NCBI RefSeq assembly: GCF_001652585.1
Contig: NZ_LWLG01000002.1
Coordinates: 60,001-92,000 of the forward strand
Length of the DNA stretch: 32,000 bases
Origin: Thermosulfurimonas dismutans
GTDB taxonomy: Bacteria; Desulfobacterota; Thermodesulfobacteria; Thermodesulfobacteriales; Thermodesulfobacteriaceae
Direction of reading: 5' to 3'
Shown here piece by piece: positions 9,579 to 17,248 of the stretch. Numbering within the stretch: position 1 is the stretch's first letter; each line of letters opens with the position of its first letter. The position numbers and the translations under genes were made by a program. The notes under the pieces were generated by a model that saw only the letters and a program-made list of their open reading frames with translations, was not told the origin of the DNA and did no database searches.

Positions 9579-9998
9579 ATGAGTGATCTCATACGCTTTG
9601 GGGTCTCTATTCCAGCTTTGCTTCTCAAAAATTTCGATCGTTATATCTCTAGGAAACATTACAGAAACCGATCCGAAGCTATCAGAGATCTCATAAGGGA
9701 AAAACTCGTAGAAGAAGAGTGGCAGGAAAGTAGAAGAGAAGTAGTGGGCACTATTACTTATGTATATGACCATCACAAACGAGAACTAACAGATCGTCTA
9801 ATTGATATCCAACATAAACACTATACTCGTATTATATCTACTCAGCACGTGCATCTCGACCATAATCATTGTCTGGAAGTCATTATCGTAAAAGGTGAGG
9901 CCTCAGCAGTAAAAGATCTGGCCGACCGCATAAAGGCCCAGAAGGGAATACTTCATTGCAGTCTTTCCATGACCACGACAGGTAAAGATTTGACCTAA
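9579..9998 (+). CDS. nikR: Nickel-responsive transcriptional regulator NikR
   Basis: Ribbon-helix-helix N-terminus (RFGVSIPALLLKNFDRYISRKHYRNRSEAIRDLIRE) and a C-terminal metal-binding region with His/Cys ligands (HVHLDHNHCLEV). AGGAGG lies 6 nt before the ATG. Confidence 0.9.
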   Translation: MSDLIRFGVSIPALLLKNFDRYISRKHYRNRSEAIRDLIREKLVEEEWQESRREVVGTITYVYDHHKRELTDRLIDIQHKHYTRIISTQHVHLDHNHCLEVIIVKGEASAVKDLADRIKAQKGILHCSLSMTTTGKDLT

Positions 9999-10001
9999 AC
10001 T

Positions 10002-10940
10002 TCAGGCCCCAAGCACCGTACCCGGCTTAAGGGGATATCCTCGCAAAAATTCCTTAGCTGGGAGGCGACGTTTACCCTCAAGCTGTAATTCCCGAATGAC
10101 TAGCACTCCATCTCCGGTGGCCACAGCTAGGCCCCCGGCCTCTACCCCAAGAACCGTACCGGGGGCCTTGGTGGTAGCTTCATGCACGACCAAAGGCTTA
10201 AATACCTTCAGTATCTTATCCTTCCAGTAAATATGGGCCCCAGGTCGGGGATCAAAGGCCCGTATAAGACAAGCCAGTTCCGAAGCCGGACGGGAAAAAT
10301 CGAGGCGCCCCATTCCTTTTTCTATGGGGGGAGCATAACTCACGCCATCTTCAGGTTGAGGCCTAGGTGAAAGCTGGCCGACCTTAAAGAGCTCTAGGGC
10401 CTCCATCAAGGCTTTGGCTCCTAACTGGGCCAAACGCTGGTAAAGCTCGCCAAAGGTCTCATCTTCTCCGATGGTGAGGCTTTTTTGCAAAAGGATAGGA
10501 CCGGTATCAAGCCCTTCGTCCATCTGCATGATGGTGATACCCGTTTCCCTTTCACCGTTGATAAGGGCCCATTGTATAGGAGCCGCTCCGCGGTATTTGG
10601 GAAGAAGCGAAGCGTGGATATTCCAACACCCGTATCGGGGAAGATCGAGGATCTCCCTCGGGAGAATCTTGCCGTAAGCCGCCACCACGATCAACTCCGG
10701 GTCCAGTTTGGCAAGGTCCGCCAGAAAGGCCGGATCCTTGATCTTCTCCGGCTCAAACACAGGCAGATCAGCCGCAAGGGCCACTTCTTTTACTGGAGAG
10801 GGACGGAGCTTGCGGCCCCGGCCACGGGGACGGTCCGGCTGGGTGACCACCCCCACTACCTCCTCGGAACCTAGGAGGGCCTTCAGGGCCGGAACCGCAA
10901 ACTCCGGAGTTCCCATGAATACTACGCGATAGCTTTTCAT
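10002..10940 (-). CDS. fmt: Methionyl-tRNA formyltransferase
   Basis: 312 aa. [12 protein letters not shown]..., [22 protein letters not shown] (formyltransferase SLLP motif), and a C-terminal tRNA-binding domain. Confidence 0.95.
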   Translation of the reverse strand: MKSYRVVFMGTPEFAVPALKALLGSEEVVGVVTQPDRPRGRGRKLRPSPVKEVALAADLPVFEPEKIKDPAFLADLAKLDPELIVVAAYGKILPREILDLPRYGCWNIHASLLPKYRGAAPIQWALINGERETGITIMQMDEGLDTGPILLQKSLTIGEDETFGELYQRLAQLGAKALMEALELFKVGQLSPRPQPEDGVSYAPPIEKGMGRLDFSRPASELACLIRAFDPRPGAHIYWKDKILKVFKPLVVHEATTKAPGTVLGVEAGGLAVATGDGVLVIRELQLEGKRRLPAKEFLRGYPLKPGTVLGA

Positions 10941-13522
10941 TTCTTCCTGAAAACTATCTGTTGTTCTTTTTCATCGTAATCGGCAAGGATATGATCACCC
11001 TCCACGAATTCACCGGCCAGGATCTTCATGGCCAGAGGATCTTCAATATAACGCTGAATGGCCCGTCTCAAAGGCCTGGCACCGTAAACGGGATCGTAAC
11101 CTACATTGGCCAGCCACTCCCGGGCCTTGTCTGTAAGCTCAAGGGTAAGGTGTTTTTCTGCCAGTCGCTCCCTAAGATACCGCAACTGTATATCCACAAT
11201 CCTCATAAGTTCTTCACGTCCCAAGCGATTGAAGATGACAATCTCATCAATACGATTGAGAAATTCCGGACGGAACTGACTCCTGAGGGCCTCCATAACT
11301 CGCCTCTCTATCTCCTTCCGATCCTCGGAAATCTCCTGGATCCACTGGCTTCCGATATTGGAGGTCATGATGATGATGGTGTTGCGGAAATCCACCGTCC
11401 GGCCTTTGCCGTCGGTAAGTCTTCCGTCATCGAGGATCTGAAGTAGGATGTTGAAGACATCCGGATGGGCCTTTTCGATTTCATCAAATAGGATTACCGA
11501 ATAGGGCCGGCGACGCACGGCCTCGGTGAGCTGTCCTCCCTCTTCGTAGCCCACGTAGCCTGGAGGAGCTCCGATGAGACGGGCCACCGAATGCTTCTCC
11601 ATGTATTCGGTCATGTCTATGCGGATCATGGCCTCTTCGGTATCGAACATGAATTCCGCAAGCGCCTTGGCCAACTCGGTCTTACCCACCCCGGTGGGCC
11701 CAAGGAACATGAAGGAACCGATGGGCCGGTTGGGATCCTTGAGTCCGGCCCGGGCCCGACGCACAGCGTTGGCAATGGCCGAAATAGCATGATCTTGCCC
11801 CACCACCCGCTGCTTAAGCCTTTCCTCCATCTTGAGAAGCTTTTCCCGTTCGGACTCAAGGAGACGGGCCACCGGAATGCCGGTCCATTTGGAGATGATC
11901 TGGGCCACATCTTCGGCATCCACCTCTTCCTTGAGGAAACGGTGTTCCTTCTGGATCTCGGCCAATCGCTGGTTTTCGGCCTCCAGCTCCTTTTCGAGCT
12001 GAGGAATCTGACCATAGATGATCTCCGCTACCCGATTGAGGTCCCCCTGGCGCTCGGCCTGCTGAGCCTCGATGCGGAGCTGATCTATCCTTTCCTTAAG
12101 AGCTCGAATCTTCTTAATGACCTCTCGCTCCTCCTGCCAGTGCCGCTTCATCTCCTCGGACTTGGCTCTAAGCTCGGCCAACTGTTCTTCGATTCTTTTC
12201 AGTCGCTCTTTAGCCTTGGGGTCTGTTTCCTTCTCAAGGGCCACCTTTTCTATTTCAAGTTGCTTGATCTTACGCTCAACCTCGTCTATCTCCATGGGCA
12301 TGGAGTCAATCTCTATCCGCAGTTTAGCCGCCGCCTCGTCGATAAGGTCAATAGCTTTATCCGGGAGATAACGATCGGTAATATACCGGTGGGAGAGGGT
12401 TACCGCGGCCACTATGGCACTATCCGTAATTCGAACTCCGTGGTGAACCTCATATTTTTCTTTCAAACCACGCAAGATAGCGATGGCCTCCTCTACCGAA
12501 GGTTCATCCACATAAACCGGCTGAAACCGCCGTTCAAGGGCCGGATCCTTTTCGATATATTTCCGGTATTCATCGATGGTGGTAGCCCCGATACAGTGGA
12601 GTTCACCCCGGGCAAGAGCGGGCTTTAACATGTTGGCCGCATCCATGGCCCCTTCCGCGGCACCGGCTCCCACAATAGTATGGATCTCGTCGATGAAAAG
12701 AATGATCTCGCCTTCGCTGGCCTGGATTTCCCGGAGAACAGCCTTAAACCTCTCCTCAAACTCTCCACGGAACTTGGTACCCGCAATAAGGGCTCCTAAA
12801 TCAAGTTGAACTACGCGTTTGTCTTTTAGAGGATCAGGGACATCTCCGGCCACAATTCGTTGGGCCAGCCCCTCCACGATAGCGGTCTTACCCACGCCCG
12901 GCTCTCCCACCAGCACGGGATTGTTCTTGGTACGCCGGGAAAGGATCTGGATCACTCGCCGGATCTCCTCGTCCCGTCCGATCACAGGATCGAGTTTGCC
13001 GGCCCGGGCCAGGGCCGTAAGATCCCGCCCGAACTTCTCCAAGGCCTGATATTTGTCCTCCGGATTCTGGTCTGTGATTCGCTGGCCCTTGCGGATCTGC
13101 CTTACGGTCTCAAGGACGTTGTCCCTAGTAATCCCGCGGTTCTGTAAAATCCGAGCCGCTTCGGTATGGGTCTCAAGAATGGAGAGTAACAGATGTTCGG
13201 TGGAGATGTATTCGTCCCGCATCTCCCTGGCCAGGCGCTCGGCCCGATCAAGGATCTGTTTGAGAGTCATAGAAAGATAGACCTGATATCCGGTCCCGGA
13301 TACCTGGGGCAATTTGTCCAAATACTCATCCAGATCAGAGGATACCAAGCGATTGTTCACTCCCAGGCGCTCAAGGATCATGGGCACAAGGCCGCCTTCC
13401 TGTTCTACCAGCGCCTTTAAAAGGTGTTCGGGCTCGAGCTGCTGGTGCCCGCGGGACTCCGCTATCCGTTGAGCCTCCTGCAGGGCGTCTTGAGCCTTGA
13501 AGGTAAATCTATCAAGTCGCAT
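10937..13522 (-). CDS. clpB: ATP-dependent chaperone / disaggregase ClpB
   Basis: Two AAA+ modules ([16 protein letters not shown]), a long coiled-coil M-domain and a Clp N-domain. Start set to ATG 13522 ([11 protein letters not shown], canonical ClpB N-terminus), with GGGAGG 9 nt upstream. The track's TTG 13531 abuts the SD. Confidence 0.97.
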   Translation of the reverse strand: MRLDRFTFKAQDALQEAQRIAESRGHQQLEPEHLLKALVEQEGGLVPMILERLGVNNRLVSSDLDEYLDKLPQVSGTGYQVYLSMTLKQILDRAERLAREMRDEYISTEHLLLSILETHTEAARILQNRGITRDNVLETVRQIRKGQRITDQNPEDKYQALEKFGRDLTALARAGKLDPVIGRDEEIRRVIQILSRRTKNNPVLVGEPGVGKTAIVEGLAQRIVAGDVPDPLKDKRVVQLDLGALIAGTKFRGEFEERFKAVLREIQASEGEIILFIDEIHTIVGAGAAEGAMDAANMLKPALARGELHCIGATTIDEYRKYIEKDPALERRFQPVYVDEPSVEEAIAILRGLKEKYEVHHGVRITDSAIVAAVTLSHRYITDRYLPDKAIDLIDEAAAKLRIEIDSMPMEIDEVERKIKQLEIEKVALEKETDPKAKERLKRIEEQLAELRAKSEEMKRHWQEEREVIKKIRALKERIDQLRIEAQQAERQGDLNRVAEIIYGQIPQLEKELEAENQRLAEIQKEHRFLKEEVDAEDVAQIISKWTGIPVARLLESEREKLLKMEERLKQRVVGQDHAISAIANAVRRARAGLKDPNRPIGSFMFLGPTGVGKTELAKALAEFMFDTEEAMIRIDMTEYMEKHSVARLIGAPPGYVGYEEGGQLTEAVRRRPYSVILFDEIEKAHPDVFNILLQILDDGRLTDGKGRTVDFRNTIIIMTSNIGSQWIQEISEDRKEIERRVMEALRSQFRPEFLNRIDEIVIFNRLGREELMRIVDIQLRYLRERLAEKHLTLELTDKAREWLANVGYDPVYGARPLRRAIQRYIEDPLAMKILAGEFVEGDHILADYDEKEQQIVFRKK

Positions 13523-13686
13523 CGTTTTCAACCTCCCAAATTTATGTTTTTTCTTTTTGATCCGAAAAGTAAGGTAAGAACGCCTCTCAGTGTGTCAAGC
13601 AAACCCTTCCCGGAAATTGTTGCCTGACACGGAAAAATTTTCCCACCAAATCCTAGAATAGGCCTCAAAATCTCCCCAAAAATTAC

Positions 13687-13702
13687 TGGCACAGTCCTTG
13701 CT
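13687..13702 (+). promoter_or_regulatory. Sigma-54 (RpoN) -24/-12 promoter upstream of fliK-flgD-flgE-flgE
   Basis: TGGCAC (13687-13692), N5, TTGCT (13698-13702) is an exact match to the TGGCAC-N5-TTGCW consensus. It lies about 40 nt upstream of the fliK ATG. Confidence 0.7.
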
Positions 13703-13740
13703 TTCTTATCAAGCGAAAGAATTCGAAAAGGGGCTTGAAT

Positions 13741-15111
13741 ATGATTCCCAAAGTTCCAACCTCCGGAATCGATTTCGATAATATGACCGTACAAACTTCG
13801 TCTTCTACCCCAAACCTTCCTTCGGATTTTTTCCAAATACTTCTGCTGGCCCTGATGAACCTTTTTCAGGGAAAAGCGAACGACGAAACGAAAACCTTGG
13901 AATCCTCAGCGAACAACTCGGAAAAAGACATGTTTGGAACTCAGAAACCTTTAAGAATCGAAAATTTAGAGCAAGGAAAGGGTCTAACGTCTATCCTTGG
14001 TCTTCTTTTGCCAGAACCTTTGGCGCAAAATCTTAATCAGGAAGAGGCTCAGCCATTCCCCTCTGAGGGAGAGACGATTAGCTCCAAAACCGCTCAAAGA
14101 ATTTTCTTTGAAGGGTTAAACTCCCCTATCGAATCCCCAGAAAAATTCCTCCCAAATACCAAAAGTAAAATCAAAGTCCAAGAATCTTATACAAATATAG
14201 TGAAAGATAATTCTGGTTTTCAGGTTGAAAATTTTCTTCGCCTTCCTTTACAAGAATCTGCCTTTCACAAGAATCCAGAAGACTCATCTTTGATGGACGA
14301 GAAGCTTCAGGATGTGTCCAAAACAATTCTCGAAGTATCTACGAGAAACCAAAACGGCCTCGAAACCCCAAATAATTTATGGCGAGAAAAGAGCACGGAC
14401 ACGGAACCAGATCTAAAATTGAAGACCCATTCCCAAGAAACGGATTCAAATCTCTCTTTAAAGCTCCAAGAAACACCTAAAGAAAACGGCAAGCAGATTT
14501 ATGGCATACGCAACGAAATCTCTTACCGAAAAAAGGTCGGATCAAAAATAGAAAATAAGGACTCCAGGGATTTAACAAAGCATCGAATCTTTAATACAGA
14601 AGAACTTAAGATCATCCCAGGTGACAAGGGAGTTTCCGTTTCCTCACAAGAGATCTATCAATCTTCTCGCCATGTTCTTCATCCTCAGGAAACGATACCT
14701 CCCGGAGAAGTTGAACATATCATCAAGGATTTCATCTATGAAATTCAGCCCTCGGGAGAAAGGCGGGCCAAGATCAAACTTGAGCCTCCGGAACTTGGAG
14801 AGATGGAAATAGATCTCAAGGTCCACAAAGGAGAGGTACAGGTTGTCCTTACCGTGGAAAAGCCAGAAGCCGCAAGAGAACTCCATTTACACCTACCCCA
14901 TCTAAGACACTCCCTAGAGGAACTGGGACTCAATCTCTCCGAATTTCAGATAGGCTTCTTTGGAGGCGGAGGCGGCGAAACCTCTTATACCTATCAAGAT
15001 ACTGGAGAGGAGAAAAAAAGAGGACCTATGAGGGTTGATAAATTAGCTTCGTCAAAGGAAGCTCCCATTACAGAAGCTGAAAAAGAAGGACTTTTAAACA
15101 TTGTGGTTTAG
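13741..15111 (+). CDS. fliK: Flagellar hook-length control protein FliK
   Basis: Low-complexity, low-GC N-terminal two-thirds. The C-terminal Flg_hook-type domain is RAKIKLEPPELGEMEIDLKVHKGEVQVVLTVEKPEAARELHLHLPHLRHSLEELGLNL. It sits directly upstream of flgD/flgE. ATG 13741 is preferred over TTG 13735 (GGGG 7 nt upstream). Confidence 0.8.
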   Translation: MIPKVPTSGIDFDNMTVQTSSSTPNLPSDFFQILLLALMNLFQGKANDETKTLESSANNSEKDMFGTQKPLRIENLEQGKGLTSILGLLLPEPLAQNLNQEEAQPFPSEGETISSKTAQRIFFEGLNSPIESPEKFLPNTKSKIKVQESYTNIVKDNSGFQVENFLRLPLQESAFHKNPEDSSLMDEKLQDVSKTILEVSTRNQNGLETPNNLWREKSTDTEPDLKLKTHSQETDSNLSLKLQETPKENGKQIYGIRNEISYRKKVGSKIENKDSRDLTKHRIFNTEELKIIPGDKGVSVSSQEIYQSSRHVLHPQETIPPGEVEHIIKDFIYEIQPSGERRAKIKLEPPELGEMEIDLKVHKGEVQVVLTVEKPEAARELHLHLPHLRHSLEELGLNLSEFQIGFFGGGGGETSYTYQDTGEEKKRGPMRVDKLASSKEAPITEAEKEGLLNIVV

Positions 15112-15120
15112 GAGGAAGAA

Positions 15121-15786
15121 ATGATTGCCGGAGTGGATGAAAAGACCGGACAGCCTTTGGCTTTGACTCGAACCCCCAAGAAAGTCCTTGGAAGAGAGGA
15201 CTTCATCAAGCTTTTTGTTACCCAGCTTCAGTATCAGGACCCCATGAAACCTATCGAAAATAATGAGATGGCCATGCAGATGGCTCTGTTCAGTCAGGTG
15301 GATCAGCTCTTCAACCTCAACGAAAGCTTTGAAAAGCTACTTGAGATGGCCAAGGCCTACAATTTTTCCACCACCGCCTCCCTGGTGGGCAAATTGGTTA
15401 AGGCCCAAGGGTCTTACGGACGAGTGGAAAACGGTCGATTCCTAGGGGCCGAATTTGAACTTGACGAGCCCGCCAACCAGGTAGAGGTGGTCATTTATAG
15501 CGAGTCCGGTGAAGTAATTAAACGTTTGAATCTGGGGGCCCTTCCAGAGGGCAGCCACACCATTGAATGGGATGCCACCGACCAGTCCGGAAACACGGTT
15601 CCAGATGGGAACTATCGTCTGAAGGTTGTCCTACCGGGAAAAGAGCAGGAGTCCGTAACCGTAAAAGTTTACGGGCGGGTTACAGGGGCGGTGCTGGGGG
15701 AAGAGACCCAGATCATCCTTAATGAACACGAAAAACTAGATATCTCAGATCTTAAGGAGATCCTTGATCCCGAAAGTCTCTCTTAG
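15121..15786 (+). CDS. flgD: Flagellar hook capping/assembly protein FlgD
   Basis: FIKLFVTQLQYQDPMKPIENNEMAMQMALFSQV (FlgD N-terminal motif) plus a FlgD Ig-like/Tudor C-terminal region. AGGAGG SD. Confidence 0.9.
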   Translation: MIAGVDEKTGQPLALTRTPKKVLGREDFIKLFVTQLQYQDPMKPIENNEMAMQMALFSQVDQLFNLNESFEKLLEMAKAYNFSTTASLVGKLVKAQGSYGRVENGRFLGAEFELDEPANQVEVVIYSESGEVIKRLNLGALPEGSHTIEWDATDQSGNTVPDGNYRLKVVLPGKEQESVTVKVYGRVTGAVLGEETQIILNEHEKLDISDLKEILDPESLS

Positions 15787-15797
15787 GAGGAAAGACC

Positions 15798-17192
15798 ATG
15801 AGCCTTTTGGGGAGCATATACCTTGGAACCTCCGGAGTCAAAACCCAAAGCCAGGGCATGCGGATCGCGGCCGATAACATTGGCAATCTAAATACTACCG
15901 GCTTCAAGGGTAGTCGTGGCCTTTTCGAAGATGTCTTTCTTGAGGTCTCCGGAGAAGTCTTTTCCTCCCAAAAGGGTTTGGGAAGTATGCTAAAAGACAT
16001 AGATATCGACTTTTCGCCTGGGAACCTTCTTTCCACGGATATTCCAACCGATCTGGCTATCTTGGGGAAGGGATTTTTTATACTTAAAGATTCCAGCGGA
16101 GAGAACTTTTTTTCCCGCGACGGCCAATTTTTGCTGGCAGAAACCGAGAACAACACCCTAAGACTGGTCAATTCCTTAGGTTATAGTTTACTCGGCGCCG
16201 ATCCCGGAGCCACACCGAATGGTGTGGCAGACCTTTCTCCTATTGAAATACCCAAAACCATTTCCGGTAGAGCCACCGAAAGGATCAGTCTAGAAATGAA
16301 TCTAGATGCCAGAAAGGAACCCGAGGCCCTTTCCTTAAGCCTCCTTGAGGCCTGGGATGCTACCAACCCAGACGACCCCATCAATCCCGGAAATTACGAA
16401 TTCATTACGGACACAAAAGTTTATGATCCCACTGGAGTGGAACACCAATTGACCATCTACTTTGATACCACCGACCAAAATAATCAGTACGAAATCTTAG
16501 TTACCTTAGCCGATCCCACCGAGGACTGGCGAGGCTCGGGACGTTATTCCGGAGCCCTTCTTTGGGGGACCCTCAACTTCGGGGCCGCTGGGGAAATCGT
16601 AGACGCGACTTTTTTTACCGTGGATGACGTCAACACTGGAAGCCTCACCCCGATTGATCTTACGGCCACCGGAAGGCCTCAGTTCACGCTGAATTTTACC
16701 GGTACCCCTCAAACCGTGACCCTGGATCTAGGTTTTTACTTTGATGCTACCGGTAGCCTCATCCGAACTCCCCAATCTGTTCATATGTATGGAGCTCCCT
16801 TTGCCGTTTATTATCAGCATCAAGACGGCTATCCCCCCGGGATCTTCGACCACCTCGAAATTGACCTAGAGGGAGTAATAAGAGCCTACTATAGCAATCA
16901 GCAATCCCAGGAGGTAGCTCGTATCTTCCTGGCGGACTTCACCGGATCGGATGATGCCCTTAAACGGGTCGGTGGCAACCTTTTCAAATCCGTAACCGGG
17001 GCCTCTCCGGAAATCTTTGCCCCCGGAAGATCAGCTATTGGAGCCATTAACTCAGGAGCTCTGGAAGGCTCGAATGTAGACCTCGCCACCGAGATGGTCA
17101 ACTTGATCACCCTCCAGCGGGCCTTTCAGAGCAACGCTCGTGTGATAACTACTGCGGACCAGATGCTGGAAGATTTTTTGAGGGCTAAGTAA
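15798..17192 (+). CDS. flgE: Flagellar hook protein FlgE (short paralogue, 464 aa)
   Basis: Rod/hook N-terminal motif (GMRIAADNIGNLNTTGFKG), FFIL...SRDGQF, and a C-terminal GALEGSNVDLATEMVNLITLQRAFQSNARVITTADQML. AGGAGG SD. Confidence 0.9.
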   Translation: MSLLGSIYLGTSGVKTQSQGMRIAADNIGNLNTTGFKGSRGLFEDVFLEVSGEVFSSQKGLGSMLKDIDIDFSPGNLLSTDIPTDLAILGKGFFILKDSSGENFFSRDGQFLLAETENNTLRLVNSLGYSLLGADPGATPNGVADLSPIEIPKTISGRATERISLEMNLDARKEPEALSLSLLEAWDATNPDDPINPGNYEFITDTKVYDPTGVEHQLTIYFDTTDQNNQYEILVTLADPTEDWRGSGRYSGALLWGTLNFGAAGEIVDATFFTVDDVNTGSLTPIDLTATGRPQFTLNFTGTPQTVTLDLGFYFDATGSLIRTPQSVHMYGAPFAVYYQHQDGYPPGIFDHLEIDLEGVIRAYYSNQQSQEVARIFLADFTGSDDALKRVGGNLFKSVTGASPEIFAPGRSAIGAINSGALEGSNVDLATEMVNLITLQRAFQSNARVITTADQMLEDFLRAK

Positions 17193-17248
17193 TAAACATT
17201 CAGGTTTCAAGTAAAAAATTCCGAAAATAGGAAGAGGAGGTATGGGCC

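Noticed and set aside
11591-12628. 345-aa plus-strand ORF, plus several smaller ones (10961-11446, 12117-12371, 12860-13147 and others), inside clpB
   Set aside because: They lie entirely antisense to a confidently identified clpB. The products are low-complexity and Leu/Gly/Pro-rich, as is typical of the mirror frame of a GAR-rich gene. There is no SD and no recognisable motif.
13532-13686. CIRCE (HrcA), HAIR (HspR) or a clear sigma-32 promoter upstream of clpB
   Set aside because: I searched by eye for TTAGCACTC-N9-GAGTGCTAA, CTTGAGT-N7-ACTCAAG and CTTGAAA...CCCCATNT. Only a lone TTGACA with a poor -10 (ACCTTA/TACCTT) was found, so no call is made.
13528-13836. 102-aa minus-strand ORF spanning the clpB/fliK intergenic region
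   Set aside because: It would cover the sigma-54 promoter and the fliK start and overlap clpB's start codon. It has no SD and a non-descript sequence. It is best explained as chance.
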